Shown here: positions 1 to 13,654 of the stretch, in pieces | How the letters are laid out: each line of letters begins with the position of its first letter | Numbering within the stretch: the first letter of the stretch is position 1 | Source: Octopus bimaculoides | Taxonomy: Eukaryota | DNA length: 64,000 bases | Assembly: GCF_001194135.2 (NCBI RefSeq) | Contig: NC_068985.1 | Coordinates: forward strand, 124,057,099 to 124,121,098 | Direction: 5' to 3' | Notes under the pieces: generated by a model | The model's database searches: none | Seen by the model: the letters and a program-made list of their open reading frames with translations, nothing else | What the model was told of the DNA's origin: nothing | Made by a program: the position numbers and the translations under genes

Positions 1-975
1 GGTTGTCTTTAGAGATTTTAACATGTTTACGCACTTGGACAATTATTGAATCATTTGCCACATTTACACTGTTAGATGGCGGCACGGGGTATCGGAAAGA
101 AGCGATCACCTCAGCGGTGGTACCAGTCGCTTCAGTAATGTAATCAAACACACCTCAAATTTATTTTCAAAATTATTTTCAAAACATAAAAAGGATTTTT
201 AAAAAAACAAGGACGATGAAATTATAAAAAAATACAGACACTTCCAGTTTTAAAATAGTTGTACAATGGAACATGCAATGACAAAGAAAAAGAATAGCCT
301 TGGAAAAGGTAAACAGTAGAAGCACTCACGAAAATACCATCACTAACAACAACAGCAACAGCAAGTGTATCTTTGGAAATGTTGTGAGTCAAAAAGCAAT
401 TTAAATTGAGCCAAGCTAATAAAAAATGAAAACATCAACAGTGATGGTAGCAGTAACGTAAATAAGTACACCCTCGAAAATCGTTTTCAAGCGAAACAAT
501 AGAATTTAAAATCATTACTGAAATAATCATACATACAGCTTCCTGGGTCCTCACTACTGATTCTTGTAGCAATAGAAACTGAAAACATGAATGTCTGGAG
601 ACATTCATTTGTGTGATAAAAAATATATGAATACCAACAATAACAACAACACTCGTTTTATGCAAACTTAGTCATTCTGAACCAGCATAAGGAAAAGAAG
701 AAAGAGTGGACGTAATAAGTCACAAAGTCAGTGATTCCATGTCCGACATATTTATGCAGGAAATGACTCTGCGGAAGTTTACATAATTGTGCTTTGCAAA
801 ATAAATAAATGAAACAAATGTATCATATACCTTCAGAAATGAAATTAGTGAAATCTCTGACTTATGTGTGATAGGATGTCTGCTCACTCAACTGGGATAG
901 ATAATATGTAAACATGTACTTAGTTTTTTAAACCGAGTATGGAGCGACAGTATAACAACAGATGGTACATCCCAC

Positions 976-1290
976 AGGATAGTCTTGCAGTACATTGATC
1001 ACAGAACCATAATCAGTGCAAGGATGTTGACTACTGGTTTGTCGTCAGCTTTGTTCATCAGTTTGGCAATGTGGTGAAAACAAGGATAGCTAACAATACC
1101 ATATGGTTGAGTGAGTTCTATACAGAGGTTCAGGTCGTAACACTTCCACACCACCTTTGACTACAACGTTACCGTGAAGCTGTACTCCATCAAGGGAACA
1201 AGCACTGACTTGAAGGCAGAAGATCCAGCTAATTTATATCTGGTAATAAAGACCACTTGAGAGCCTTTTATCCCAAAGTGGAGGGTTCGC
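976..1290 (+). pseudogene. Decayed gag-like/ORF1 relic of a non-LTR retrotransposon with a dead CCHC zinc knuckle
   Basis: One frame (1023-1277, three stops) reads DVDYWFVVSFVHQFGNVVKTRIANN...LEGRRSS*FISGNKDHLRAFYPK. *-FI-S-GNKD-H-LRAF-Y has exact CX2CX4HX4C spacing, with the Cys codons now TAA, TCT and TAT, after a GRR motif; a K/E-rich stretch follows. Confidence 0.55.
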
Positions 1291-1902
1291 AAAAGAAAGG
1301 AGGAAATCAAACAGAAAGAGCGGCATAAAATGAGAAACCGCTTGAGCAGATCATGAAAACGAAGCTTTGAACGTCCATGAGGTCTACTTCCGGTCTCGTT
1401 CTCCCTGAAGAGGACCATCTTTGGAAGCCGGTTACCGACATCCTAATCACATGGCCAACGAAGGGAAGAAGACGACGAAAGATGCAGGCCTCAATCAAAC
1501 AGAAACAGCAGACCTTAGAAATGAGGATCATACCATAGCTACTACCAGGTACAGCCCCGAAAATAGCGAGATCGAAGGAAATGTAAAAAAAAAACTCTTC
1601 TTACTTTATGCTCCCAGCAACAGAGGCTAACAATGGTCGGGAAACCTAGGTAACTTGGCTTCCGGCACCAGACATTTCAAAAGTTACGAATAGCTGTATT
1701 ACCCTATATCATTTGTTATATATTAGAAAAGACAATTCGTCGTCTACATATGGCCTCGACAATTCAATGACAGTATGGATAGAATATTTCAAACACGTGA
1801 TGTGCCTTGGTAGTCACTTATTGCAAGGGACAATCATTTTAATGGGATTAGGGTTTAAATTTTAGATCGAACAAAGAAGAAGATGCATAAAATGTTTTAA
1901 CA

Positions 1903-1941
<39 letters not shown>

Positions 1942-2060
1942 NNNNNNNNNNNCATACATACAAACATACATATAAACACAAACACACACGCACACACACA
2001 TATACATATACACATATACATATACACACACACACACACACACACGCACATATATATATA

Positions 2061-2346
2061 TTGACGAAATTATTGATATGACTGGTGTGTCCTGGAGCTC
2101 CAGCCAACGAATTGCGAATGAAAAGAGTTGCAGCAAAATTCGTACCTTGCTTGCTCACGGAAGATCAAAAGCAGTCACAACTGAATGCGAGTTATGAACT
2201 GAAAGAAGAGTTGGAAATTGATCCGGACCTCTTTTCGAAGGTCATCACTTGTGACGAAAGCTGGTGCTATGAAATTTGTAGTTGTCGAAGAGGTCAAGAA
2301 AACAGCGATGGGTGTCAAGAGACATCACTTCGCGAGATTTCCAGCA

Positions 2347-2350
<4 letters not shown>
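2061..2350 (+). mobile_element. Internally deleted mariner (DD34D-type) transposase fragment
   Basis: MKRVAAKFVPCLLTEDQK...FSKVITCDESWCY matches the mariner WVPxxL and first catalytic D (ITGDESW) motifs, then jumps to C-terminal-like VEEVKK...DITSRDFQH. Confidence 0.85.
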
Positions 2351-2381
<31 letters not shown>

Positions 2382-2597
2382 TGTGTGCGTGTGTGTGGAT
2401 GTGAGTGCGTGTGTGTGGATGTGTGTGTGTGTGTGGGCTCACACAATTTTAAACATGGCTTCGCTAGAGCATCGACGAAGAGTGCTAGTTAAGTACTGTC
2501 GTCGATATAATCCACAAATCGCGGCTCATCAAAAATTGCTGGCTTTGTACCTAAATCCGAAATAATTTATAACCTTCCTTTTCTTCTTGATTTTCTT

Positions 2598-2683
2598 GTT
2601 GCTGTTGTTGTTGTTGTTGTTGTTCTTCTTCTTCTTCTTCTTCTTCTTCTTCTTCTTCTTCTTCTTCTTCTTTTTCTTCTTCT

Positions 2684-2762
<79 letters not shown>
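2598..2762. repeat. Compound trinucleotide microsatellite (TTG)n-(TTC)n-(TTA)n
   Basis: Three consecutive TTN tracts read directly; source of the poly-N/K/I/R pseudo-ORFs. Confidence 0.97.
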
Positions 2763-2779
2763 GTAAACAATAATAATTA

Positions 2780-2955
2780 GGCGCGGGATTGGCTGTGTGG
2801 TGAGGAGTTTGTTTACCAACCATAGGGTTCCGGGTTCAGTCCAACTGCGTGGCACCTTGGGCAAGTGTCTTCTCATATAACCTCGGGCCGACCAAAGCCT
2901 TGTGGGTGGATTTGGTAGACGGAAACTGAAAGAAGCCCGTCGTATATATGTGCGC

Positions 2956-2991
<36 letters not shown>

Positions 2992-3192
2992 TTGTCCCCC
3001 CCCCCCACACACACACACACCATCGCTTGACAACCAATGGTGGTGTGTTTACGGTTCGGCATAAGAGACCGATAGAATAAGTACTAGGCTTACAAGGAAT
3101 AAGTTCTGGGATAGATCTGTTCGACTAAAGGCGGTGCTTCAGCATGGCCGCAGTGAAATGATTGAAACAAATAAAAGAATAAAAGAATAAAA
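2780..3192 (+). mobile_element. tRNA-derived SINE, family A, near full length, with internal (TG)n
   Basis: A-box-like TGGCTGTGTGG, B-box-like GGTTCAGTCC, body shared with copies at 25.6, 40.7, 43.0 and 44.3 kb, and a (AAAAGAAT)n tail. Confidence 0.85.
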
Positions 3193-3338
3193 TTATAAAT
3201 AAGGCAAGAGAAGAAATTTTCTATGCCAATATGCTGAAAAATGGACTTCAGATCGTCTAGCCACATACAATGTGATCTACAGTTTATTTTTCAGCATATT
3301 GGCATAGAAATTTTGTTTCTTTTGCCCTTTTTATAATT
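3193..3338. repeat. Long inverted repeat / fold-back
   Basis: 3218-3242 is the perfect 25-bp reverse complement of 3286-3310; imperfect pairing extends outward to 3193/3338 and inward (AGATC/GATCT). Confidence 0.9.
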
Positions 3339-4016
3339 TTCACCTTAAAAGGTATTTTAGTATCCTGGCCACAAATCATTTTTTAAAAAATCCTTACATT
3401 AGAAGTAGATGGGATTGCAAATACAGCCGGAAAAGAAACTCACAACTCATACAGCAAGATGAAATATAAATATAGCGGAGAACAGAGAGTGCGAAAAAAT
3501 ATAACTCCACCTATAAAGAAACAAAGCAAAGATAAGAGAGCAAAATAAAGAAACTGTATCACAAAAATATAATGCAAAACATTTCACCTGTACAATGAGT
3601 TTAGTGTATCAGACGGCCGTATAAACATGACGATGCGTAAGATAGGGAAGAAAAATCAATCCGTTCACAGAATACTCTTATCAGATTGCTTTCTTTGTAA
3701 CATGCCCGTCTATTTTGTTTAAACTGTTAATGTCTTATCCGTCAAGAAATCCGTCAAACGAATTAATAAGTTTGTCGTGATACAAATAGGAAAATAGAGA
3801 CACAGAATTAAAAGAACAAAAGAAATAATTATTTAAAGAAGGAGAGCGGCGCAGATCGCATTACAAAATACATGGAAGCTGGGGATTAGATCAGATTATA
3901 TTCCTCCCAATCAACTATCGGTAAACAAAGACTCAGTGTAGCACATGATCTTGTCCTCGTCTTTTGGTGAGTAATATATATATATATATGTGTGTATGTG
4001 TGCATTCTTGTACGAA

Positions 4017-4071
<55 letters not shown>

Positions 4072-4138
4072 NNNNNNNNNNNNNNNNNNNNNNNNNNNNN
4101 NNNNNNNNNNNNNNNNNNNNNNNNNNNNNNNNNNNNNN

Positions 4139-4194
<56 letters not shown>

Positions 4195-5282
4195 GTCTGC
4201 GATGTCTGCGAAGTTTATCAGCACTGTGTGTGTAGGTGCGGGTGTGTGGAGGGGGTGAATTTCTATTCTTTTATACTTTTACGGGCTTCAGTTGCTAAAA
4301 TATGACTATAATGAAGTGTAGTTTTCATTATGATTGTTGGTTATATCAATTCCTACAATTTGTTGGTACTTGGCTCGACTACACTATAGCAAGAAAAGGC
4401 AAAATCGAGATGGATGAAATGGAAAATGATGACACGAAACCATATACATACGGTACGTAATATACAGCTCCATTTTGGGCAACAAAAATAAACCAAGCGA
4501 AATTAAATGCATCCAACTACTGTATTAATTATCATCGCTTCCGAGTATTCAAATTCTACCGTTGAGGTGCCAGATTTGCTATTTCCTAACTCAATGGACA
4601 TAATATGATAAGTACCCGAAATATACTCCGGTCCATTCAATTGACAAAATAATAATAAACAATATAAACAGGCTCCCATAAAGAGCTATTTTGTTAAAAG
4701 AAATCTATTATTCAGTTTCTCTCTTTCTTTCTCTGCATGTATATCTATCTATATATATAGAGAGAGATATAGATATAGATATATTGAGATTGATAGTGAC
4801 TTCGAAGTTTCCCATTTTAACTCATCAATCTCGTCCCATTATTTGATGAGGTACCATATTTACGAAACTGCGTACTCATTAGCAGCTTTATCAAATAATA
4901 ATTTAATATTACTCCACGTATCGAGTTTCCAGTTAATATTTGTTGTTTTTACATTATTAAAAGCACCAACATTTATATATATATATATATATATATNNNN
5001 NNNNNNNNNNNNNNNNNNNNNNNNNNNNNNNNNNNNNNNNNNNNNNNNNNNNNNNNNNNNNNNNNNNNNNNNNNNNNNNNNNNNNNNNNNNNNNNNNNNN
5101 NNNNNNNNNNNNNNNNNNNNNNNNNNNNNNNNNNNNNNNNNNNNNNNNNNNNNNNNNNNNNNNNNNNNNNNNNNNNNNNNNNNNNNNNNNNNNNNNNNNN
5201 NNNNNNNNNNNNNNNNNNNNNNNNNNNNNNNNNNNNNNNNNNNNNNNNNNNNNNNNNNNNNNNATGCATGTGTGTATGTATG

Positions 5283-5330
<48 letters not shown>

Positions 5331-5647
5331 TATGCATATGTATTGTATATATCTACAGCCATATACACATACATTTATATTTCTAAGTCCTTATGTTTGT
5401 CTGTGTGTTGGTGCGTTCGTGTGTGCGTGTGTGCGTGTGTGTATGTTAGTGTGTGTGTGTGCGTGTGTGCATATGTATGAATACACTCACACTCTCACAC
5501 ACACCTGTGTGCGTGTGTATGATGTTTTTAGGTTTTCGTTATGATTCGATTTTGGCAAGGCTCCTGTTTTTCAGTATCATTTCTATCAAATCATTTACCA
5601 TACGTTTGCCAATAAATTCACTATAAAGCATATGAATATATATATTA

Positions 5648-5678
<31 letters not shown>

Positions 5679-6294
5679 AGTTTTTGCTTTTTGATAATTC
5701 TATTTTCATTTCATTTTCGATTCTGTCTCGGTCTAATGTGAATTCCTGTTCGGGCATGCGTATGCACGTATTTACATTTGTTTATTTCTTACAGTATATA
5801 CATATGTCTACAGATCCGTTCGTGTGAGTATGGGCACACACACAAACAAACACGCATGCGCGCAAACGCACATATAAACATCCATGTATACATTTAAATA
5901 TAATGTATATTTATATACATACACGTACATACATATATAGCTATTATTCATGTAATAAATGCTTTTTCTGCCTGTTTCGGCTTCTCCTCTTAACTCTCTT
6001 GTCATATTCCTCCTTCTTCGTTTATTTATTTCTCTCCTAATATTATATAGACGATTTTTCTCTTTCTCGCCTTCTGACACCCCTCTTTCTTTCTCTCTCT
6101 TTCTCTCTCTCTCTCTCACTCTCTCTCTCTTTCTCTCTCTCTATCTTTCTCAGTTTGAGTACGCACCTTCATGTATTTATACCCCACCACTATCTACGCG
6201 CTGATATGGCTTCCTAAAACCTTATCACAAACCAGTTTTCATAAAATTAACTTTTAAATTGTAATAATTCTAATCTTTGTAGAGCCTAATTGTA

Positions 6295-6402
6295 AAGGCG
6301 CTTAGCTCAGTGGTTAGAGTACCTGTCATACAATCATGACATTGTGAGTTCGATTCCTGGACCGGGCTGTGTGCTGCTTTCTTGAGCAAGACACTTTATT
6401 TG
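6295..6402 (+). mobile_element. tRNA-like SINE head, family C
   Basis: TAGCTCAGTGG (A box) and GAGTTCGATTCC (B box), then TTGAGCAAGACACTTTATT shared with the minus-strand copy at 15.9 kb; no acceptor stem. Confidence 0.75.
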
Positions 6403-6540
6403 CTAAATGGTAATTAAGCTACACCATCTGGAAGAGGAAATAAATAAATCAAGAATGGAATTTATGTCATTTGATACCACTGTATTTCTCTCTCCACACA
6501 CACACACACACACAAACACACATATATATATATATATATA

Positions 6541-7262
6541 CAGGGTGTTTAAGAAAATTTGATATCATTTCGGTATCTAATAATTTTGCCAGTTCTTGTT
6601 CAAAGGACTTCAAATTTTAACAGTATGTGTAGGAACAGGTCAAAATTTGATGTTTAACGCTTGATATGTTTATTTTTTCAGGCGTAGAAATGGCATTCAC
6701 TGGAAGAGAAAAGGCGTTTTGTGTGTTGGAGTATGCTCGAGTCAGTCGAACAAGGTTGTTCAGCTTGCACTTGTGAGAGAGTTCTCTAAAAAGTCAACAA
6801 CGGTAATGCAGATTTGGACATGGCTGTCTGTGCAGGGCAAAAGGATCTTGATGAACACTTACATCGAAAGAGACGTTTCGAGCGGGTTCGCCAAAATCTC
6901 TTGCAAAGCCCCAAGAAGTCCATAAGAAGAACAAGTCTGGAAATTAAGATTCCTCCAACGACAGTTTGGCACATCCTGAGGAAACGCTTGCTAATGAAAC
7001 TCTACAAGCTGCAGCTCGCTCAGGCCATAATGGCAGATGACAAGCGAAAACGCAAACAATTCTGTGTTGATATCTAAGAAGAACTTGAAGAAGCCGAGTT
7101 CAAGGAACGTCTTGTTTTCAGTGATGAGGCCACATTTCATACGAATGGCAAAGTCAATAAGCATAATGTTCACATTTGGGGCGAAGGAAATCCCTATGTC
7201 AGTTGAGCCTGAGGAAGATTCACCAAAAGTGAGTGTGTTCTGCGCTATCTCAAAGAAGCATC
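6541..7262 (+). mobile_element. 5' half of a Tc1/mariner-superfamily transposon, rosa/DD41D-like
   Basis: Starts TA|CAGGGTGT (TIR-like) after (TA)n. Frameshifted ORF MAFTGREKAFCVLEYAR...SPKKSIRRTSLEIKIPPTTVWHILRKRL...RLVFSDEATFHTNGKVNKHNVHIWGE. Confidence 0.88.
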
Positions 7263-8360
7263 TTCATGTAATAAAAATGGAGTGGCTCTTTTGACGTTTT
7301 GTACTGGGAATAATCTGGTTGTCACCAACACTGTTTAAGCAGAATATAAATATAAAACCACCTGGATGCACCCAAGATCTAAGCGCTGGCATTTCACAGA
7401 TTATATTTTGATTAGGAAATGTGATATGAAAGACGTTTCTAGCGTTCGGGTCATGAGAGGGGCAGAGAGCTGGACTGACCATCATCTAGTACGTGGAAAA
7501 ATAGATTTTTCGATAATGCCTAAAAATCGACAGTCTGATCCTAAGGTACCCAAAAAGTTTAATGTTGCAAACTTTAAATTATCAAGCAACTTGCAAAGAT
7601 TACACAATGCTATAGAAAGTGTAAATCTTCACCCAAACAATCTATGGGAAGATTTCAAAACAAAATTATTTCAGTCTGCAAGTTCGTCAGTGAGATTTAA
7701 ATCACGTAAGTCCAGTGACTGGTTCTCAGAGAGATCAGCAGAAATTCTTGATCTACTTTTAGAAAAACGAAACTTAGGCAATACACTTCTTTCTCAGTCC
7801 TTGAACCCCAACTCAAACGAAGCTTACAGAAGCTGAAAAAGAAAGTGCAGACTGCTCAAAGGAAAATTAAACAGGAATGGTAGAATGATAGAGCAAATGG
7901 GGCACAAGAAGCAGCTGATAGAAACGATGCCAAGGGTTTGTACTCTTATGTTAAGGAGGTATACGGCCTAAAATCTTCTTCAACAACTCCAGTGAGAACA
8001 GCAAATGGACGTTTGCTTCTGACTGACACAGCTTTTATTCATAAGCGTTGGGTAGAGCATTTTTCTGCACTTTTGAATAGACCATCATCCACTGACATGA
8101 GGACGAAAGAAAAGATCGAACAGCTTCCAGTTGTAGAAGAGATGGCATTTGAACCAACTCTAAATGACATTTATTTAGCTGTGAATAAGCTGAATAACAA
8201 TAAGTCTCCAGGGTCTGATGGAATCTGTGCAGAAGTCTTGAAATAGGGGGGTGACAAAATGATGGAACTCTTAAATATTTTAATTTGTCACTGTTGGAGA
8301 AGTGAGAAGGTGCCTCAAGACTGGGTTGATGCCATTTTAGTCTCCTTGTACAAATCGGTT
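7263..8360 (+). mobile_element. RTE-clade LINE fragment (APE endonuclease C-terminus to RT N-terminus)
   Basis: SCNKNGVALLTFC...TTWMHPRSKRWHFTDYILIRK...RGAESWTDHHLVRGK...KSPGSDGICAEVLK*GGD...KVPQDWVDAILVSLYK; several stops and frameshifts. Confidence 0.9.
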
Positions 8361-8445
8361 TAAAAAGCCACATCAGATGGCATGATGGTGATAACGTGTA
8401 GGTACAGGAGGTGGTCAAATTCTGCACAATTAGTAGACAGCGACC

Positions 8446-8493
<48 letters not shown>

Positions 8494-8978
8494 ATACATA
8501 TACACGTACATATGTATATACTTAGTATATATATATATATATATANNNNNNNNNNNNNNNNNNNNNNNNNNNNNNNNNNNNNNNNNNNNNNNNNNNNNNN
8601 NNNNNNNNNNNNNNNNNNNNNNNNNNNNNNNNNNNNNNNNNNNNNNNNNNNNNNNNNNNNNNNNNNNNNNNNNNNNNNNNNNNNNNNNNNNNNNNNNNNN
8701 NNNNNNNNNNNNNNNNNNNNNNNNNNNNNNNNNNNNNNNNNNNNNNNNNNNNNNNNNNNNNNNNNNNNNNNNNNNNNNNNNNNNNNNNNNNNNNNNNNNN
8801 NNNNNNNNNNNNNNNNNNNNNNNNNNNNNNNNNNNNNNNNNNNNNNNNNNNNNNNNNNNNNNNNNNNNNNNNNNNNNNNNNNNNNNNNNNNNNNNNNNNN
8901 NNNNNNNNNNNNNNNNNNNNNNNNNNNNNNNNNNNNNNNNNNNNNNNNNNNNNNNNNNNNNNNNNNNNNNNNNNNNNN

Positions 8979-9031
<53 letters not shown>

Positions 9032-9682
9032 TACGTATACGCACATACACACGCATACAAACACATACACTCGCAGATACGTATCCTAAACCGAAACAAC
9101 ACGTGACATCGTGGATGCGTAGGGGTGAGCTTGTTCATTGTTGAATAATGTATGTTACATAATATGAATGGTCAATAAGCTCTATATTTAGAATGGGAAA
9201 GTTGTGGTCAGCGTGGCCGAATGATAAGCTAGACAGCTGTAGTCAAGTCTATTAAGTGACCGACTACCGAATCAATCGCACATTCACTACCAGTGTCACC
9301 ACTAATACCTTCTAACACTGGTATTAAAGTTTGTACGTTTAATGCAGGAGGTGGGGGTGGGGTGGTTTTAGTGATGTATTGAGTGTTTTTAAAGGTATAC
9401 GTGATGTCATAGTTTTCTCCTTAGTCATTCTTGATAGTGCAGAGTTCGTATATCAAAAGCATTCCAGTCGTGACTATACCCCCTTGCCTAAAATTATGTA
9501 ATCTGACGTAACCTTCCCATTTTTAAGGGTGCTGAGTTTAATTGGTGTATGGTTTCGCGTCTATTTCTAGCAGGACACGTATGCATTGAAACGCTGCTTC
9601 TTAATAGTCGATAGAGATGATGATGGCACGGAGAGCGTTACTGAAAACAGTATATTTTTTACAATGACGACGATGGCATCAC

Positions 9683-9748
<66 letters not shown>

Positions 9749-9765
9749 CGACGAAGACGATGATA
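9683..9765. repeat. (GAT)n microsatellite
   Basis: Direct reading; produces the poly-M pseudo-ORF. Confidence 0.95.
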
Positions 9766-12390
9766 ACGATTCGGTGGGGACGGGAGTGATAAAAAGGAAG
9801 GGTAGAATGTGAGATGTATATATATATACCCAGTTTTTTTTTTACCTCTACTTCCGGTTTGTAGGTACTTTTGACTGAGTCATTTTTGTTGCAAGTATGC
9901 AGGTGAAAGTCTCCGATTTTAGGATAACTTCTACTCTTTTCTCTATCTCACGACCTCAGTGTTCCCGAGAAAAGATCATACGCGTTGCCCTTCTACTTTC
10001 TACCTCTAACTAACCCATAAAAATAAACAAATGCACACAAAAAGTTACTATAACTTAATCCCTATCACCATGATATTTGTCTTTTCATAGAAGGATTGGT
10101 TTTATTTTGGTGTAACATAGAGGTAGGATGATCATCACAAAGACGCGCTGGCGTTTGTAATCGTTAAGATACAGTAAATGACATGTTTGTTAGAGAATGA
10201 AACAGCGTTGTGGCCACTGTGCATTATGATTCATCTCATCGCTTATTTACTTAGACATCGATAAATTTTTGTTCCTTATCGTGAGTCTATTAATTCACGA
10301 AAAGTCCAGTATTTTAAGTTGCTTATTGTTCTACAGCCACGGGTCAGCTTGATTGACCAAATCTATGAAAAAACAATATTCTGGAGTTAGCCGTCTCATT
10401 TTTTTAGAGTTAATAGGGACTACGTTTTTAAAATGTTTTTTTCCTTTTTTAGTTTGATGGAAGTGAAGCATGAAACCTCTGAACGCCTTTAGCAGAGTCC
10501 ACTGTGCTGCATGCATATCGACTGAGACTCTAGTCTGAGGTAAACCACAATTAATTTTTTCTGACTCTCTTTCTTTCATCATTCTCGGATATTACGCTAA
10601 TGGGTCATAGGCGCTGACTAAGCAAGGGTTGTGTAACCCTTCATTCATAGGTAAAATTTTATTCACATTTGAATTTGGAACCACCGTTAAATAAAATATC
10701 TAAAATATCCTGATAAGCATAAAATAATTAAGCATGAAGACCAAAACAGAAATTTAATGCAAACATTAAAATAGAATTTTAAAAATATTATAAGTTCCAT
10801 AGCTACGAACTTGTAAAATTGAACGGTCATCAGCACAGGTGTATCCTTACAGGTTTTTATACACTTGCAATTTGCCCCAGTTATAAAAAACCTGTTCCCT
10901 ACAAAAGGACTAAGCTATAAAAAGGGAAATAAATTAGGAAGATGTGGTACTCGAATTTCACGTAGCTACTTTTTTGCTGTAGACAACCGGCTTTGCTTCA
11001 ACACAGAAACGATGTTTATATAAATATTTATATAGAAAAATTGATATATCGATTAGAGACAGACAAGCAAAGAAAAAAACCAAAATATTTTAACAAGTAA
11101 CTGTACTGTAATTATGTAATGAATTTTCTTATCATATCATGTTCTGTAGACCATGCTAAGGGGTAACTAACTAAGATAACTTGCTTGTAAATAGTAATCA
11201 TAACTTGTTAGTATAGATGAAAAGAGCGCTGGTGTCGATAATGTAATACAACCAGTTACTATTAATGAAAATTGGAATGTGGATGTGTTTCTTTTACACA
11301 CAAATGGTGTGTCGTATTTTAAAAAATGAAAGCTGGTGGAAGAATGAAGGCAGGGACGTTGAAGTTCCTGATTGCAGTATTTACTTGCTTCCCTTTGTAT
11401 CTTGATAATATAGGTTTTAATAATGCTCAAACTTTCAAAAATATAATATATCTTGATTATAGTAATGTTCATAGCGATTCGTTTCTTTATTTTTCACACT
11501 GATAGTTGACTTCAGGACATTATTTAAGATAAGGAATTTCTCTTTAATACACATACTATAATGTTTGGCTTTTTAGTGAATGTTTTACTACGATCCGTAA
11601 TTTCTGAATTAATTCTGACGTTGTCAATCCCATTGTCTTTCAACTTCCACTTATATTAGATAAGAGCTTTGATAATAACTGTTAAACCAGTTAACAAAAG
11701 GTTTTGAAATTTAAAAAGTGAATTTAATTTTACGTATAAATGCAACCTTTTTTCTCCAGCGCGTTGTAGTATTATATTAAGAGACAATTTTAAAAGTCGA
11801 ATTTGTTTATTGATATATCAGACGTTTTTTAATGTTCATTTATAACCTATTCAGATACATAAAAAATTTATGATACTCACATACAAGAATGGTATGTACG
11901 AAGTCTTGAAATTTAATGTTACGTCTAAAAACTGAACATTTTTATACTTACTGTAATTCTAAAACAGATTTAGTCGAATGTACTAGTTTGTTTCATTCTG
12001 AATTCGTCTAATTGCTGTTGAAATGTCATGAGAGAGATGAACCATTAATGTCTTGTGAGCTTGTTTTTAAATACAGTTACTAGAATGTGTAAAATATAAG
12101 GGATCGCTAATTCACAAACTTTATCATTGCCAAAAACTCACTCTTACACCAAATCATCTTCAACATCATTCTTCACCCAAACATTGTCAAAGACAACGCT
12201 TTTCTGGTATCAGTATTTCTATATCAATAAAACAACCGAAGCAAATTTTGAAGCACCAAATGATCGTCACCTGCAAAGGTTCTTTGCTAGGAATCCGTCA
12301 GAGGATCGTTTTGTCAGAATGAAACAAATGGAGCGGTAATAATCTTTACTTGCTGCACGCACGCACGCACGCAGACAGACAGACAGACAC

Positions 12391-12445
<55 letters not shown>

Positions 12446-13575
12446 AACACACATACGCAAACTCAAACACATACACACACATGTATATATTATATCACAC
12501 AAAGCAATTGGGACTTAAAATCCAAGCAAATATCTTACAAGCACTCTGATAAAATCCGGAAATCCGGACTTAGCTAACCACATCGAATGATAGCAAATAT
12601 TTAGGTTAGTTTAGAATAAACAATTAAACCAATCGAAGGGAGAACAATTCAACTGTACAACATTCGATTGGTAAATCCTGAGATCGGTTCAATAGATTTC
12701 ATGCAGAATATAGAGTATATTATCAAGCCACAATTATTGAAGTAAGGAAAGTTATACATACTAAAATGCACTTTCTTCAAATCATATTCTGATACGAGTC
12801 TCTGCCGATTAAATGTCTTTGGGTCCTTTATTATAATACGTTTATGGACTTAGTAGATTTATATTAAATCAAATGTAGTACTCGTACAAATCCAATGCTT
12901 GAGGTCCTATACAGATTTAATCGAGACGTTTTTCATATGGGTGGGTGACATGAACTGAAGATTATAGTATTAAATATAAGTTTATAAAATAATATCTTGG
13001 TAGGAATATATAAGAGATTAACAACAGTTGATTTAATAGAAATCAAATAAGTACACTAAACTATTTTATCAAAGGTCCTTACTATACTTATCAGAAAAAC
13101 GTGTCGGAAAGTAATAATATACAGAAAATACATTTAATAAATGAATTTCAAAGATGTGTAACTCTCCACTCTTCATTATACACACATACATACATACATA
13201 CATACATACATACATACATACATACATACATACACATATACATATACAAACACACACACACATATATATANNNNNNNNNNNNNNNNNNNNNNNNNNNNNN
13301 NNNNNNNNNNNNNNNNNNNNNNNNNNNNNNNNNNNNNNNNNNNNNNNNNNNNNNNNNNNNNNNNNNNNNNNNNNNATATAACCTATAGTGGTGTATTTTG
13401 CCAATGAAAATACACTTATCGTTTACTTTCGTGTTAGTCTAGGAATTTTAAGTAAGCTATTAATTGTTTCAAGATGTGATGTCGCATACAAAACTTGCAT
13501 ATCCAATAAAATGCAGCACACACTCACACGCACACACGCACACACACGCACACACGTACAGATAGATAGATAGAC

Positions 13576-13654
<79 letters not shown>

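Noticed and set aside
6295-6360. tRNA gene candidates (also the heads at 2780, 26205, 30605 and 42966)
   Set aside because: A/B boxes only; no cloverleaf or acceptor stem, and each continues into a repeated SINE body.
10453-10539. Segment with a good acceptor and GTAAAC donor
   Set aside because: Stops in all three frames; cannot be told apart from chance or a non-coding exon.
11167-11472. 101-aa minus ORF, and a plus-strand signal-peptide-like MKAGTLKFLIAVF
   Set aside because: No domain, no usable splice sites; hydrophobic codons are expected in T-rich DNA.
12127-12339. YFYINKTTEANFEAP resembling half a WW domain
   Set aside because: Spacing is off by one, the second Trp is absent, and the N-terminal half is missing.
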